DNA from: a virus
Length of the DNA: 64,000 nucleotides
Virus record (IMG/VR): IMGVR_UViG_3300042892_000474
Coordinates: 1 to 64,000 of that record
Reading direction: 5' to 3' (one strand)
Below the pieces are notes generated by a model that was not told the DNA's origin, searched no databases, and worked only from the letters and a program-made list of their open reading frames with translations. The position numbers were made by a program, and so were the translations under genes. Below are positions 39,664-50,200 of this stretch, one piece after another; within the stretch, counting starts at the first letter, position 1, and each line of letters begins with the position of its first letter.

Positions 39664-42600
39664 TGGCAGAAGATATTTTCAAACCGGCTGGTGCGTCAAA
39701 GGCTAGTAAACCTGATTCTGGTGGTGGTGTTGTTAAAAATGTACCGGTATTTGGCATCGTAAAAAATAACGTTGATCCAACTAGAACTGGACGTATTCAA
39801 GTTTACATAACTGATTTAGGAAGTGATGATCCTGATAATCCGTCAGGCTGGGTAACAGTATCGTACATGAGTCCCTTTTATGGATTCGTTGAACCAACTG
39901 CAGGAACTACCGGCGACGGCGACTTTGCAGCCAATCCTGCAAGCTACGGTGTATGGAACAGCCCACCTGATTTAGGCACAAGCGTAATTTGTATATTCAT
40001 TAACGGTGACCCTAACTATGGATTCTACATAGGCTGTGCTCCTAAGGCAGAAGCATTGCACATGGTTCCTGCTATCGGATCTAGTGAAAATATTATCACT
40101 AATAATAATGGTGAAGCACAAAGCTACGGTGGTGCTTCACAACTTCCGGTAACTAACATCAACATTAATAACAAAGCTATTTCCGACGGTGGCAACTTTT
40201 TAGATGAACCAAAACCAGTACATAGCTATCTAGCGTCTATCTTATTCAAGCAAGGTTTGGTTCGTGATCCATTAAGAGGTACAATTACTACCGGCGCTCA
40301 ACGAGAAAGTCCTTCTCGTGTTGGATGGGGCGTAAGTTCACCGGGTCGACCAATCTATTCAGGTGGATACACTGATTCTAGCATTGTACAAGCCGCACAG
40401 TCTGGTAAAGACTCTGCTGGCATGACAGTGATTTCACGTAGAGGTGGACATTCAATCGTTATGGATGACGGTGATCTGATAGGAAGAGACCAATTAGTAA
40501 GACTACGTTCAGCAGGTGGGCATCAGATTTTGATGAGTGATGATGGACAAACATTATTCATTATACACAGCAACGGACAATCATGGGTAGAAATGGGCAA
40601 AGAAGGCACCATTGATATGTTTTGTACGAATAGCTTTAACGTAAGAACACAAGGTGATATAAACTTTCACGCTGACACTAACATAAACATTCATGCTAAG
40701 AAAAAATTAAACATTAAGGCTGAAGACATTAACATTCAGTCTGAAAAAAGCACTACACAAAAAGTAGGAACAGATTTCAAAGTAGAAACTTCAGGAAAAT
40801 ATACTCACAAGGTTGGCGGCTCTATGAGCTTACAGTCTGGTGGAGAAGGTAGTTTCAACTCTACTGGAACTTTATTCATCAACGGTAGTAGAGTTAACTT
40901 AAATACAGGCTCCGGATCTGCACCAGAGTCAGTAGCTCCACTACAAGATATTGGTCACACTGATACAATGTTTGAATCAGTAAAAGGTTATATTGCGTCA
41001 CCCGGTACATTAAAGAGCATCACTTCTAGAACACCTGCACATGCACCGTGGGTCAATGCTAATCAAGGTGTTAATGTAAGTACTAGCTCAAATGCTAGTG
41101 ATAAATTACCATCTGCACCAAGCGCGGCAGTTGAAAAAGCAAATGAGGCGGCAGCCGTTGCACCTACTGGTAATCCAGTTCAGCCGGCAGCGTTGTCAAC
41201 AGTTCCACCTACTGCATCAATAAGTGATGCAGTAGATTCACAAGCAACCGGATCAATGGTCAGTGCAGTTGCGACTAATGCGGCAACAGGTGCAGCGGCA
41301 GCGGCAGTAGCTACAGGCGCAGGCATTGTTTCAACTGCAACAGGTTCAGTAGCATCACTTGGTGCATTGGCACAAACACCTGCCCAACTAGAATCAGCCG
41401 GCATATTAAAGCCAGGATCATCTGCATTAGTAGATTCATTGGTTAAATCAGGATCACCGTTATCACAAGCATTACCTAATAATCTGTTTACTGGCGAAGG
41501 TGGCATTACTAGTCTAACATCGTTTGTAGGTAATCCTGGTGCACAGATTTCAGGAATGATTTCTAACTTCCAAAAATCACAAACAGCATTAACTGGCGCT
41601 GGTTTAATGACAGGAAAAGAATCGTCTACTTCAATCGCAGGATTGATTATGTCAGGCGCAACTGCAGGTGTTTCTAATACTATAAACGCAGTAAAAAACT
41701 TAGGTACATTAGCATCGAATATATCATTACCAAGTTTAGGACTTCCTGGTGTCACGAATCCTATTACTAATGCTATTGGCTCAGGTAACTACGCAGCCAG
41801 ATTGGCTGAATCTAGCACTGGCGGCTTAGGCTCAATTATGAGCACAGTTCTTCCTGTTGTTGGATTAATAGCCGGATCTAAGTTGAATAGTCGAGGATCT
41901 AGTGCAGCCGCATTTGGCCTAATAGCATCATCGTTAACTGCTTTACCGCGTGGCCCCGTAAATTTAAAATCTAACTCAAATTCTAATTACGATCTTGCAG
42001 TAGCACGTTCATCAGGTTTAAACGATCCGTTAACATCAGCAGCCAGAGTACTAAGAACTACAGGACAAATATTAGGTGGTAGTAATGCAAGGGTAACAAA
42101 TGCTGTAGCCGGCGGTATCACTGCTATAGGCAGATTAAATTCAGCACAAAATCCCGCGCAAGCATTAAGAGGATTAACTGGAGTTATTGGAAGTATTGGT
42201 ACAATAGGAACATCATTAGGAAACAAATCAGTAGCAAAGGCTTCAAGAGATGTTAATGCTATAATAGGTGTATCATCTAGAGTTAACAGGGGTCTTGCAA
42301 CTATAGCTAATGCAAAAACTGCCTCACAAGCTTTGGGCGGTTTACTAGGGGTGTTTGGTGGAGTTGGCACCGGAGCATCTATATTTGGCAATAAGAAACT
42401 AATCAAAACTACTAGAGATATTAATAAGATAATAACCAACACTGGTCAAATATTGAGAGCATCTCAAGTTTTATCAACAAGTAAAAACGTCAACCAAACA
42501 TTGGGAGCATACGGTTCTATAATAAACGCCGCCGGCCGCATTGCAGGCGTGTTTGGTAAAAACAGTAAGAGTACTGGCTTGTTTGGACTTCCAGGAGGAC

Positions 42601-43316
42601 AGTTAAGCGTAGGTTCTATCGTTAATAAATCTTTAGGGTCATTGGGTATTCCTAAAAATCCGGCGCTAAACGCTATCATAACTAGTGCAGTGACTTCTTC
42701 TCTTAACAAAATAGCGTTTCCTAAAGCTATTCAAGGTGCAGCAGGATTGGCAGCAGGATTACCTTCTAGTTTGAATTTACCTACAAGTCAAATTACTAAC
42801 GCACTAAGTAGTTTACAAGCAAGTGGTCAAAACTTAGCAGGTCTTGCGATGGGAGACTTATCTCTAGGCGAAGCTGGCCCATTAGGCGCCGCAATGTCTG
42901 CAATTGGATTTGGTGGCGCAGGCGCAATTAAGATGCCAAGTATAGGTTTAAATACTAATAATATTGCAGAAGTTAACGCTCAAATCAGTTCATTGTTAGA
43001 AGATTCTAGAATTCCTAAACCTGAATTTGGCGATATAGATGAATCTGCGGCAGCGTTGTTAGATGCAATGTTAGCACAGAATGATCAAATTGACAGTGCA
43101 TTTGACGAAATTGAAGGATTAACTGAAGAAGCTGAATCTGCGAGAGAAGAATACTTTGCATTAGAAAATGCATTACCCGCCGGCGATCCGCAATTAGCCT
43201 CAGCTAGAGAAAATTGGATTTCATTAAGTCAAGACTTGCAAAGTAGACTAGAAGCGATTGATAGCGTAATAAATCAATCAGTACTCATAGCTATTGATGA
43301 TAACGATCTCGCATAA
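39663..43316 (+). CDS. Central spike protein (gp5/VgrG-like) with a long C-terminal extension
   Basis: OB-fold DPTRTGRIQV..W..PPDLG..V.C.F.NGD, GHSIVMDD..GHQILM, beta-helix repeats; start at the TAATG overlap (MAEDIF). Confidence 0.8.
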   Translation: MAEDIFKPAGASKASKPDSGGGVVKNVPVFGIVKNNVDPTRTGRIQVYITDLGSDDPDNPSGWVTVSYMSPFYGFVEPTAGTTGDGDFAANPASYGVWNSPPDLGTSVICIFINGDPNYGFYIGCAPKAEALHMVPAIGSSENIITNNNGEAQSYGGASQLPVTNININNKAISDGGNFLDEPKPVHSYLASILFKQGLVRDPLRGTITTGAQRESPSRVGWGVSSPGRPIYSGGYTDSSIVQAAQSGKDSAGMTVISRRGGHSIVMDDGDLIGRDQLVRLRSAGGHQILMSDDGQTLFIIHSNGQSWVEMGKEGTIDMFCTNSFNVRTQGDINFHADTNINIHAKKKLNIKAEDINIQSEKSTTQKVGTDFKVETSGKYTHKVGGSMSLQSGGEGSFNSTGTLFINGSRVNLNTGSGSAPESVAPLQDIGHTDTMFESVKGYIASPGTLKSITSRTPAHAPWVNANQGVNVSTSSNASDKLPSAPSAAVEKANEAAAVAPTGNPVQPAALSTVPPTASISDAVDSQATGSMVSAVATNAATGAAAAAVATGAGIVSTATGSVASLGALAQTPAQLESAGILKPGSSALVDSLVKSGSPLSQALPNNLFTGEGGITSLTSFVGNPGAQISGMISNFQKSQTALTGAGLMTGKESSTSIAGLIMSGATAGVSNTINAVKNLGTLASNISLPSLGLPGVTNPITNAIGSGNYAARLAESSTGGLGSIMSTVLPVVGLIAGSKLNSRGSSAAAFGLIASSLTALPRGPVNLKSNSNSNYDLAVARSSGLNDPLTSAARVLRTTGQILGGSNARVTNAVAGGITAIGRLNSAQNPAQALRGLTGVIGSIGTIGTSLGNKSVAKASRDVNAIIGVSSRVNRGLATIANAKTASQALGGLLGVFGGVGTGASIFGNKKLIKTTRDINKIITNTGQILRASQVLSTSKNVNQTLGAYGSIINAAGRIAGVFGKNSKSTGLFGLPGGQLSVGSIVNKSLGSLGIPKNPALNAIITSAVTSSLNKIAFPKAIQGAAGLAAGLPSSLNLPTSQITNALSSLQASGQNLAGLAMGDLSLGEAGPLGAAMSAIGFGGAGAIKMPSIGLNTNNIAEVNAQISSLLEDSRIPKPEFGDIDESAAALLDAMLAQNDQIDSAFDEIEGLTEEAESAREEYFALENALPAGDPQLASARENWISLSQDLQSRLEAIDSVINQSVLIAIDDNDLA

Positions 43317-43324
43317 ATAATATC

Positions 43325-43774
43325 ATGCCTCAATATATTGGATTTAGCACAGTTGGTGCAAACTTACCCAGAACAACTAATGCTCCTGTCGGAAATGATG
43401 GTGGTGCCGGTACCGTACAGAAATCAATTAATACTGGTAGAAAATTTAGATTAGTTGATCAACCATTAGTAATTCAAGATTTTGTGAATGCTTTAAACAT
43501 CCGTCAAGGACAGAAGGTTGGAAATCCAGGATACGGAACTACATTATGGAGCTTTGTGTTTGAACCTAATACAGCAGATGTTCAATTTAAAGTAGAAAAC
43601 GAATTGAAACGTGTTGCTAGCTTAGATCCTAGATTATTAGTAAACACTGTCAAAGCATATCCGCAAGAGAACGGAATTTTGTTAGAACTAGAAGTAGCCG
43701 TTGCTCCTTTTAATCAAGCAAATTTGTTGAACGTCTTTTTAAGTTCTTCAACCGGCTCAGCCGCAATTCAATAA
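43325..43774 (+). CDS. Baseplate wedge / sheath initiator (gp25-like)
   Basis: IRQGQKVGNPGYGTTLWSFVFEP..DPRL. Confidence 0.85.
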   Translation: MPQYIGFSTVGANLPRTTNAPVGNDGGAGTVQKSINTGRKFRLVDQPLVIQDFVNALNIRQGQKVGNPGYGTTLWSFVFEPNTADVQFKVENELKRVASLDPRLLVNTVKAYPQENGILLELEVAVAPFNQANLLNVFLSSSTGSAAIQ

Positions 43775-43828
43775 ACCCTAATAAAAGACGGTTTTTAGGT
43801 ATGATAAATACTTAAAAGAGATAAACCT

Positions 43829-46800
43829 ATGGCTACAAGCTCACGACAATCAGCATTATTTGGGGTCAACGATTGGCAAGCGATCTATCAAACGTTCCGC
43901 GAAGCCGATTTTAGAAGTTATGATTATGAAACTTTACGCAAAAGTTTCATCGATTATCTACGTGTGTACTACCCGGAAACCTTTAATGATTACATAGAGT
44001 CCAGTGAATTCATTGCACTATTGGACGTTATTGCATTTATGGGTCAAGGTCTTGCTTTCCGCAATGACTTGAACACACGTGAAAATTTTATTGATACTGC
44101 GGAACGTAGAGATAGTGTTATTAAACTTGCTAACCTAGTAAGCTATACCCCCAAGCGCAACTTGGCTGCTCAAGGTTATCTAAAAATCGTAAACATACAA
44201 ACCACTCAAAACATCACAGATTTGAATGGTACAAATTTAAGCAATCTTCCAATTCTTTGGAACGATCCTGCGAACCCTAGTTGGTTAGAACAATTCAACA
44301 CTATTATTAATACGGCATTAGTTGACACACAACGAATTGGCCGACCCGGAAACACAGCAGATTTGTTAGGAGTAACTACTAGCGAATACACTATGAAAAT
44401 TCCTAATACGTCATTACCAATAGTACCGTTTACTTCAGTTGTAGATGGTATTGCAATGAATTTCGAACTATGCAGTGTAACCAGCGTTGACGAAAATTAC
44501 ATGTATGAGATTCCTCCTGCACCTAGCGGCAGATTTAACATGCTATATCGTAACGACAAATTGGGTTACGGTAGTCCAAACACTGGATACTTTTTCTACT
44601 TCAAACAAGGTATTTTACAAAATTACGATTTTACCTTAGAACAGCAAATTGCTAACCAAGTGGTAAATATTGATATTGAAGGAATCAACAATGAAGATAC
44701 TTGGTTGTATCAGTTGAACACCAATAACGGTACTAGAGTTCTTTGGAATAAAGTTGAAAACATCTATGCTGATGCGTATTTGCAAACTGAAACTAGTAAC
44801 AGAACAATATTTTCAGTGAACTCTAGATTCAACGACCAAGTTAGTTATGTGTTTGGTGATGGAGTGTTCAGTCAAATTCCAGTAGGTACATATCGTGCAT
44901 ACGTTCGTGCAGGCAACGCACTGACTTACACTATCGACCCTACAGAAATGCAGGGCATAACAGTGTCATTCAGTTATGTAAACCGTACAGGTAAAACAGA
45001 AATACTAACATTGGGTCTTGAACTACAACTTCCAGTATCTAATGCACAGTCACGTGAGCCATTAGCACAAATTAAACAACGTGCTCCAACTCGATATTAT
45101 ACTCAAAACCGTATGGTTAATGGTGAAGATTACAATAACTTCCCATATACATTGTATAGCTCTATCATTAAGAGTAAGGCAATTAATCGTAGCAGTATTG
45201 GTGTTAGTAAAAACTTAGACTTGTTAGATCCTACAGGAAAATATTCAAGTTTAAATAGTTTTGCAACAGATGGTGCTTTATGGCAAGACACTACTAATGG
45301 CTTTGAGTCGTTGACTATTAACACTGTTGGTAATATTATTACATTCTTAACTGACACATTGAATAGTGTGTTGTCCAGTAACCGTGTTGTTCAATACTAC
45401 ACTCAAAACTTCACACAGTATACTATTGATGCCGCATCTGGTGACGGTACAGTATATTGGAACGCTAGCACAGTTGATGGTAACTCGTTAACGGGTTATT
45501 TCTACAACATCACTGATGGCAGCGAATTACCTATTCCAATTGGTACATATTCTACTAACAACGTAAAATATATCACATCAGGTTCACTTGTAAAATTTAT
45601 AGCGCCTAGTGGTTTTTACTTTGATGCAAATAATAGACTAGTCTCAGGTATACCAGGTGCTAGTAACCAAACATATATTTGGACAACTACATTAGCCGTC
45701 ATAGGTGATGGCTACAATAATGGTCAAGGCAATTTTGCTAACGGTACGGGCCCGGTAACATTGAATGGATATGTACCAGCCGGTGCTATATTAACAACCG
45801 TACTTCCTGCATTTGATAACTCATTGTCTAACGAAATTGTTCAGGAATGTATCATTCGTATGGAACTACAACAAAACTTTAGTTTAGTGTTTAACAATTC
45901 ATTGACTATTGCACAAGATCGTTGGAGTATTAAACAATACGATGATGCAAATTGGTTTGTAAACTTTCAATATATAAACGGAAGATACATTGTAACTTAT
46001 CGTTCTTTGCGCTATTATTTTGGTAGTGTAGAAGACACACGCTTTAGTTTTGAACGTGATAAGTTAGTATATGATCCGCTAAGTGGAAAAATTCTACAAG
46101 ATTTCATTAGCGTACTAGCAACAAATACTCAACCTAATAGTAACAATCCATTGTCTAAAGCAATCAGTGTGAACATCGTGGGACAAACAGTAGAAAGTGA
46201 TGGCTACATCAATGACTTTGAAGTTGAAGTAGCTAGTAATGATATTAACAATCGTGGATTAATAATCAATCCTGATTTCTTTCAAACAGTAACCGGGTAT
46301 GTCACTGGTGGCGCAAACACAGGTATATACGTGTTTTTTGAATTAGTCGAAGATGCTATTAACTTATCTAGATATCAGATTGTGCCTACAACAGATGTGG
46401 TGCAATACCAAACTAAGACTCAAATTGAAGTAGCTAAATATGAGTATCCACTAGGACAATTGTTTTATGCGTTTGGCGAAACAACTTTTTGGAAAACAGT
46501 GCAGGATAATACAGTGAATACACCCTTTTATATATTAGAAGAACAACCTCAGTATTCTATTAAGTTTGGTCGTCAAGGATTACAATTTCAGTATCGTCAC
46601 AATAGTAACAATACAACTAGAATTGACCCTGCAACAACGAACATTATTGATTTATATGTAGTGACTCAGAGTTATTACACTCAATATCAAAACTATATAC
46701 AAGACACATCCAATACTGTGCCCATGCCACCTAAGCCAACTATCAATGAGTTGAGTGAAGAATATGGCGAATTGAATAATTACAAAATGCTTAGTGATAG

Positions 46801-47194
46801 TATGGTATTAAACAGTGTTGTGTTTAAACCATTGTTTGGAGCAAAAGCAAGTCCAAACTTACAGGCTACCATTAAGGTTATTAAAGCATCAAATACAAAT
46901 GCCAGTGATAGCGAAATTCGAAGTGCAGTATTAACAGCTATGAACGCCTATTTTGAAATCAACAATTGGAACTTTGGTGATACGTTTTATTTCAGCGAAC
47001 TGAGTGCATACTTGCATGATCAAGTAGGAGAATACATTAGTTCCGCAGTACTAGTTCCAAATGATCCTACAATGAAATTTGGAGACTTGTATGAAATAAA
47101 ATGCGCACCGTATGAAATATTCGTCAACGCGGCTACTGCAAATGACGTATTGGTTATCGCTGCTTTAACACCAGCTGAATTACAAATTGCATAA
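43829..47194 (+). CDS. Baseplate wedge protein (gp6-like)
   Basis: DF.SYD..LR, ENFIDTAERRDSV..LA..VSY.P, FGDGVF, TQNRMVNGEDY. Confidence 0.85.
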   Translation: MATSSRQSALFGVNDWQAIYQTFREADFRSYDYETLRKSFIDYLRVYYPETFNDYIESSEFIALLDVIAFMGQGLAFRNDLNTRENFIDTAERRDSVIKLANLVSYTPKRNLAAQGYLKIVNIQTTQNITDLNGTNLSNLPILWNDPANPSWLEQFNTIINTALVDTQRIGRPGNTADLLGVTTSEYTMKIPNTSLPIVPFTSVVDGIAMNFELCSVTSVDENYMYEIPPAPSGRFNMLYRNDKLGYGSPNTGYFFYFKQGILQNYDFTLEQQIANQVVNIDIEGINNEDTWLYQLNTNNGTRVLWNKVENIYADAYLQTETSNRTIFSVNSRFNDQVSYVFGDGVFSQIPVGTYRAYVRAGNALTYTIDPTEMQGITVSFSYVNRTGKTEILTLGLELQLPVSNAQSREPLAQIKQRAPTRYYTQNRMVNGEDYNNFPYTLYSSIIKSKAINRSSIGVSKNLDLLDPTGKYSSLNSFATDGALWQDTTNGFESLTINTVGNIITFLTDTLNSVLSSNRVVQYYTQNFTQYTIDAASGDGTVYWNASTVDGNSLTGYFYNITDGSELPIPIGTYSTNNVKYITSGSLVKFIAPSGFYFDANNRLVSGIPGASNQTYIWTTTLAVIGDGYNNGQGNFANGTGPVTLNGYVPAGAILTTVLPAFDNSLSNEIVQECIIRMELQQNFSLVFNNSLTIAQDRWSIKQYDDANWFVNFQYINGRYIVTYRSLRYYFGSVEDTRFSFERDKLVYDPLSGKILQDFISVLATNTQPNSNNPLSKAISVNIVGQTVESDGYINDFEVEVASNDINNRGLIINPDFFQTVTGYVTGGANTGIYVFFELVEDAINLSRYQIVPTTDVVQYQTKTQIEVAKYEYPLGQLFYAFGETTFWKTVQDNTVNTPFYILEEQPQYSIKFGRQGLQFQYRHNSNNTTRIDPATTNIIDLYVVTQSYYTQYQNYIQDTSNTVPMPPKPTINELSEEYGELNNYKMLSDSMVLNSVVFKPLFGAKASPNLQATIKVIKASNTNASDSEIRSAVLTAMNAYFEINNWNFGDTFYFSELSAYLHDQVGEYISSAVLVPNDPTMKFGDLYEIKCAPYEIFVNAATANDVLVIAALTPAELQIA

Positions 47195-47204
47195 GTAATA
47201 TATT

Positions 47205-50200
47205 ATGGCATCAAGAATAAGAACACTAAATTTTCTACCTGAAATTTTTCAGACAACAACCAATTCACAGTTTTTAGCCGCGACTTTAGATCAAATCGTA
47301 GCTCAACCTGAAACAAAAAAGATACAAGGGTACATTGGTACAAAGTTTGGTTATGGCATAAATGCCAAAGATTACTATGTAACTGAACCTACTAAGACCC
47401 GCACAGATTATCAATTAGACCCGGGTGTTGTGTTTACAAAAACAAACGAATCTGTCGCTAAAGACTTTATTAGTTATCCAGGTATAATTGATGCATTAAA
47501 ACTAGAAGGTGGTATAACAAACAATAATGACAGATTGTTTAATAGCCAATTCTATTCTTGGGATTCTTTTACTAACCTAGATAAAATTATTAACTTTAAT
47601 CAGTACTACTGGATACCAGAAGGCCCTGAACGAGTTATCGTTTCTAGTGAAACTGTTTTTTATGCTAACGACTACGTAGTTTATGATTTACCCAACGGGT
47701 ACAATATTGTTCCATTAACGTCTGCGGATGGCCTAGGTAGCACTAATCCCACACTGACATTATTACGAGGCGGAACTTACACCTTTGCAGTAAATCAATC
47801 AACTCAATTTTGGATTCAAGGTGAACCAGGAGTTACAGGATACAGTCCTACTCAACCTAATGTACAAACACGTGAAATTTTAGGAGTTGACAACAACGGT
47901 GCTACTCAAGGCTTAGTTACGTTTACTGTACCTCCCAATGATGCACAGGATGAATATAACTTCCCTGGAAACAACACAGTAAGCTTAGTTTCTACTTTAC
48001 CGTTTGCCTCAATTAATGGTGCTAGACTAAGTGACTTAGTAAATGGTATTGATGGTATAACCTCACTCGATGGGTTGAGAGTTATGTTTTACAACACTGG
48101 AATTCCAAACGAAGTTGGATACGTATCAAACTTTTTTGACTATACACCATATGATGAAAATAATGATCTAACTGAATTAAAAACTATCAGCATTACTAAT
48201 ACTAATAGTGTAACAGATGCTATTACTTGTAATAGTACAGCCAATCTAACTGTAGGAAATGCTATAATTTTTAATGGCAATCCTTTTGGTGGCATAGCAT
48301 CATATTCAACCACATTACCAAATACAATTTATTACGTGCAGTCTATATTAAATTCTACAGAATTTACTATATCATCTACACCGGCTGGTTCAGTATTACC
48401 ATTGTCTACTGCATCTGGATCAATGACCGGGGTCATTAATCAAGGTCAATACGAGCAAGGTTACTATACAAACGTAAATGAATATTTTTACTCTATTCAA
48501 TTATTAGGTGATCCTTCTGATCCAGTAATACGTTTAGTTCAATCATCAGAAATACCAGTTGATGAAAAAATTACTGCTACTTTTGGTACTGAGTGGGGTA
48601 CTAGAAATTTCTATAGAAATACGTCAGGTATAATTTTATTAATTCCCTACATAAGCGCTCCTCTAGATACACTGTACTACCAGGACGGTACTTCCCCAAA
48701 TAAAGTAGGTATCATTCGTTTAATTGAAAGTAATATTTCTAACACGTTAAATGTAGAAGATGATATATTAGGCAACGCTCAATTTACTTCTACTAATGGA
48801 GTAGCTTTTACCAATGGTCTTAAAGTTAGTTTTCAAGGGGATGTTATTCCTAAAAGTTACTTGTTTGGTGAATATTATGTAGAAGGTGTGGGTGCTGCAA
48901 TTGAATTACTACCTGTAGAAAATTTCATAGCACCGGAAAATTTTACTGCAAGTACATATGTAGCCTGGGATACATTAGGTTGGGATACTGCGGCATGGGA
49001 AGGTAATTCATACGTTCCAGTCACACCGGACTATATTACTATCTCACGCAATAGTATTGACAAAAATGCCTGGTCACGTAGTAACCGTTGGTTCCATATT
49101 GATGTTATCAATGCAACTGCGACATATAATAATAATCCTAATCTAGTTACGTTATATGCAACCTCAGCATATAAAGCAAAAAGACCAATTATAGAGTTTT
49201 ATCCTAACATAAAATTGTTTAATTCTGGTTCAGAAGGTAAAGATCCTGTAGATTTTATAGATACTAGAACAACTGACGCCTTTTCGCTTGTTGCAGGTCA
49301 AGAGAATTATTATCCTGATGTTGAAGTGTATACTGCATACACTGGTATTATCACAAGCACTGATTATACACCAATCCGTGCCTTTAGCGGTGCAGCCGAT
49401 GCCACAAACATCATCACCACTGTAACTGGTACGACTGGATTCAGAGTTGATGACCTAATTATTTTTGACGGTGTTACTCCAAGCTTGGGCATAGTGAATG
49501 GTTCTACATATTTTGTAGCAGAGATTGTGTCTGGTACTGAGTTTAAAATATCTAGTATTAAAGGCGGCGATGTTGTAGATTTCAGTAATATATCTTCAGG
49601 CGGAACATTTGCTTGGACACCGCAGAGTACTACTTTAACCATTGACGCAGATGATGTAACTGGTACAATGACTGTTGGTCAATATATCACTGATTCTACT
49701 AACCAATTGCCTAGAAATACTCAAATACTTTCTATCACTGGTAGTACTACATTAACCATTGAAGTAGGTTGGGATGAAGGGTCTTCGGGTTATATTCCAA
49801 CAACAACCGAATCATCTTTTGTTAGTACTGATACAACTAATGACAATTATTCATTGTTTGAAGGTGCAAGAGTTATTTTCACTCAGGATACTGACACTAG
49901 CGTAAAAAATAAAATTTATGTAGCTAGATTTTCTATTATAGCCGAGTCATCTATTCCAGTTATAACATTAACTGAAGTAGATAACGGTAATGTTCATCCC
50001 GATCAACAAACAGTTGCATTGCGTGGATATTTTAATCAAGGTAAAGAATTTTGGTATGATGGTTTAGAATGGATAGATGGTCAACAAAAAACTACACTAA
50101 ATCAGCCTCCGTTATTTGACATTTATGATAGTAATGGTATAAGTTTTGGTGACCCGACTATTTACTTAGGTACATCATTTATCGGTTGCAAGTTATTTGC

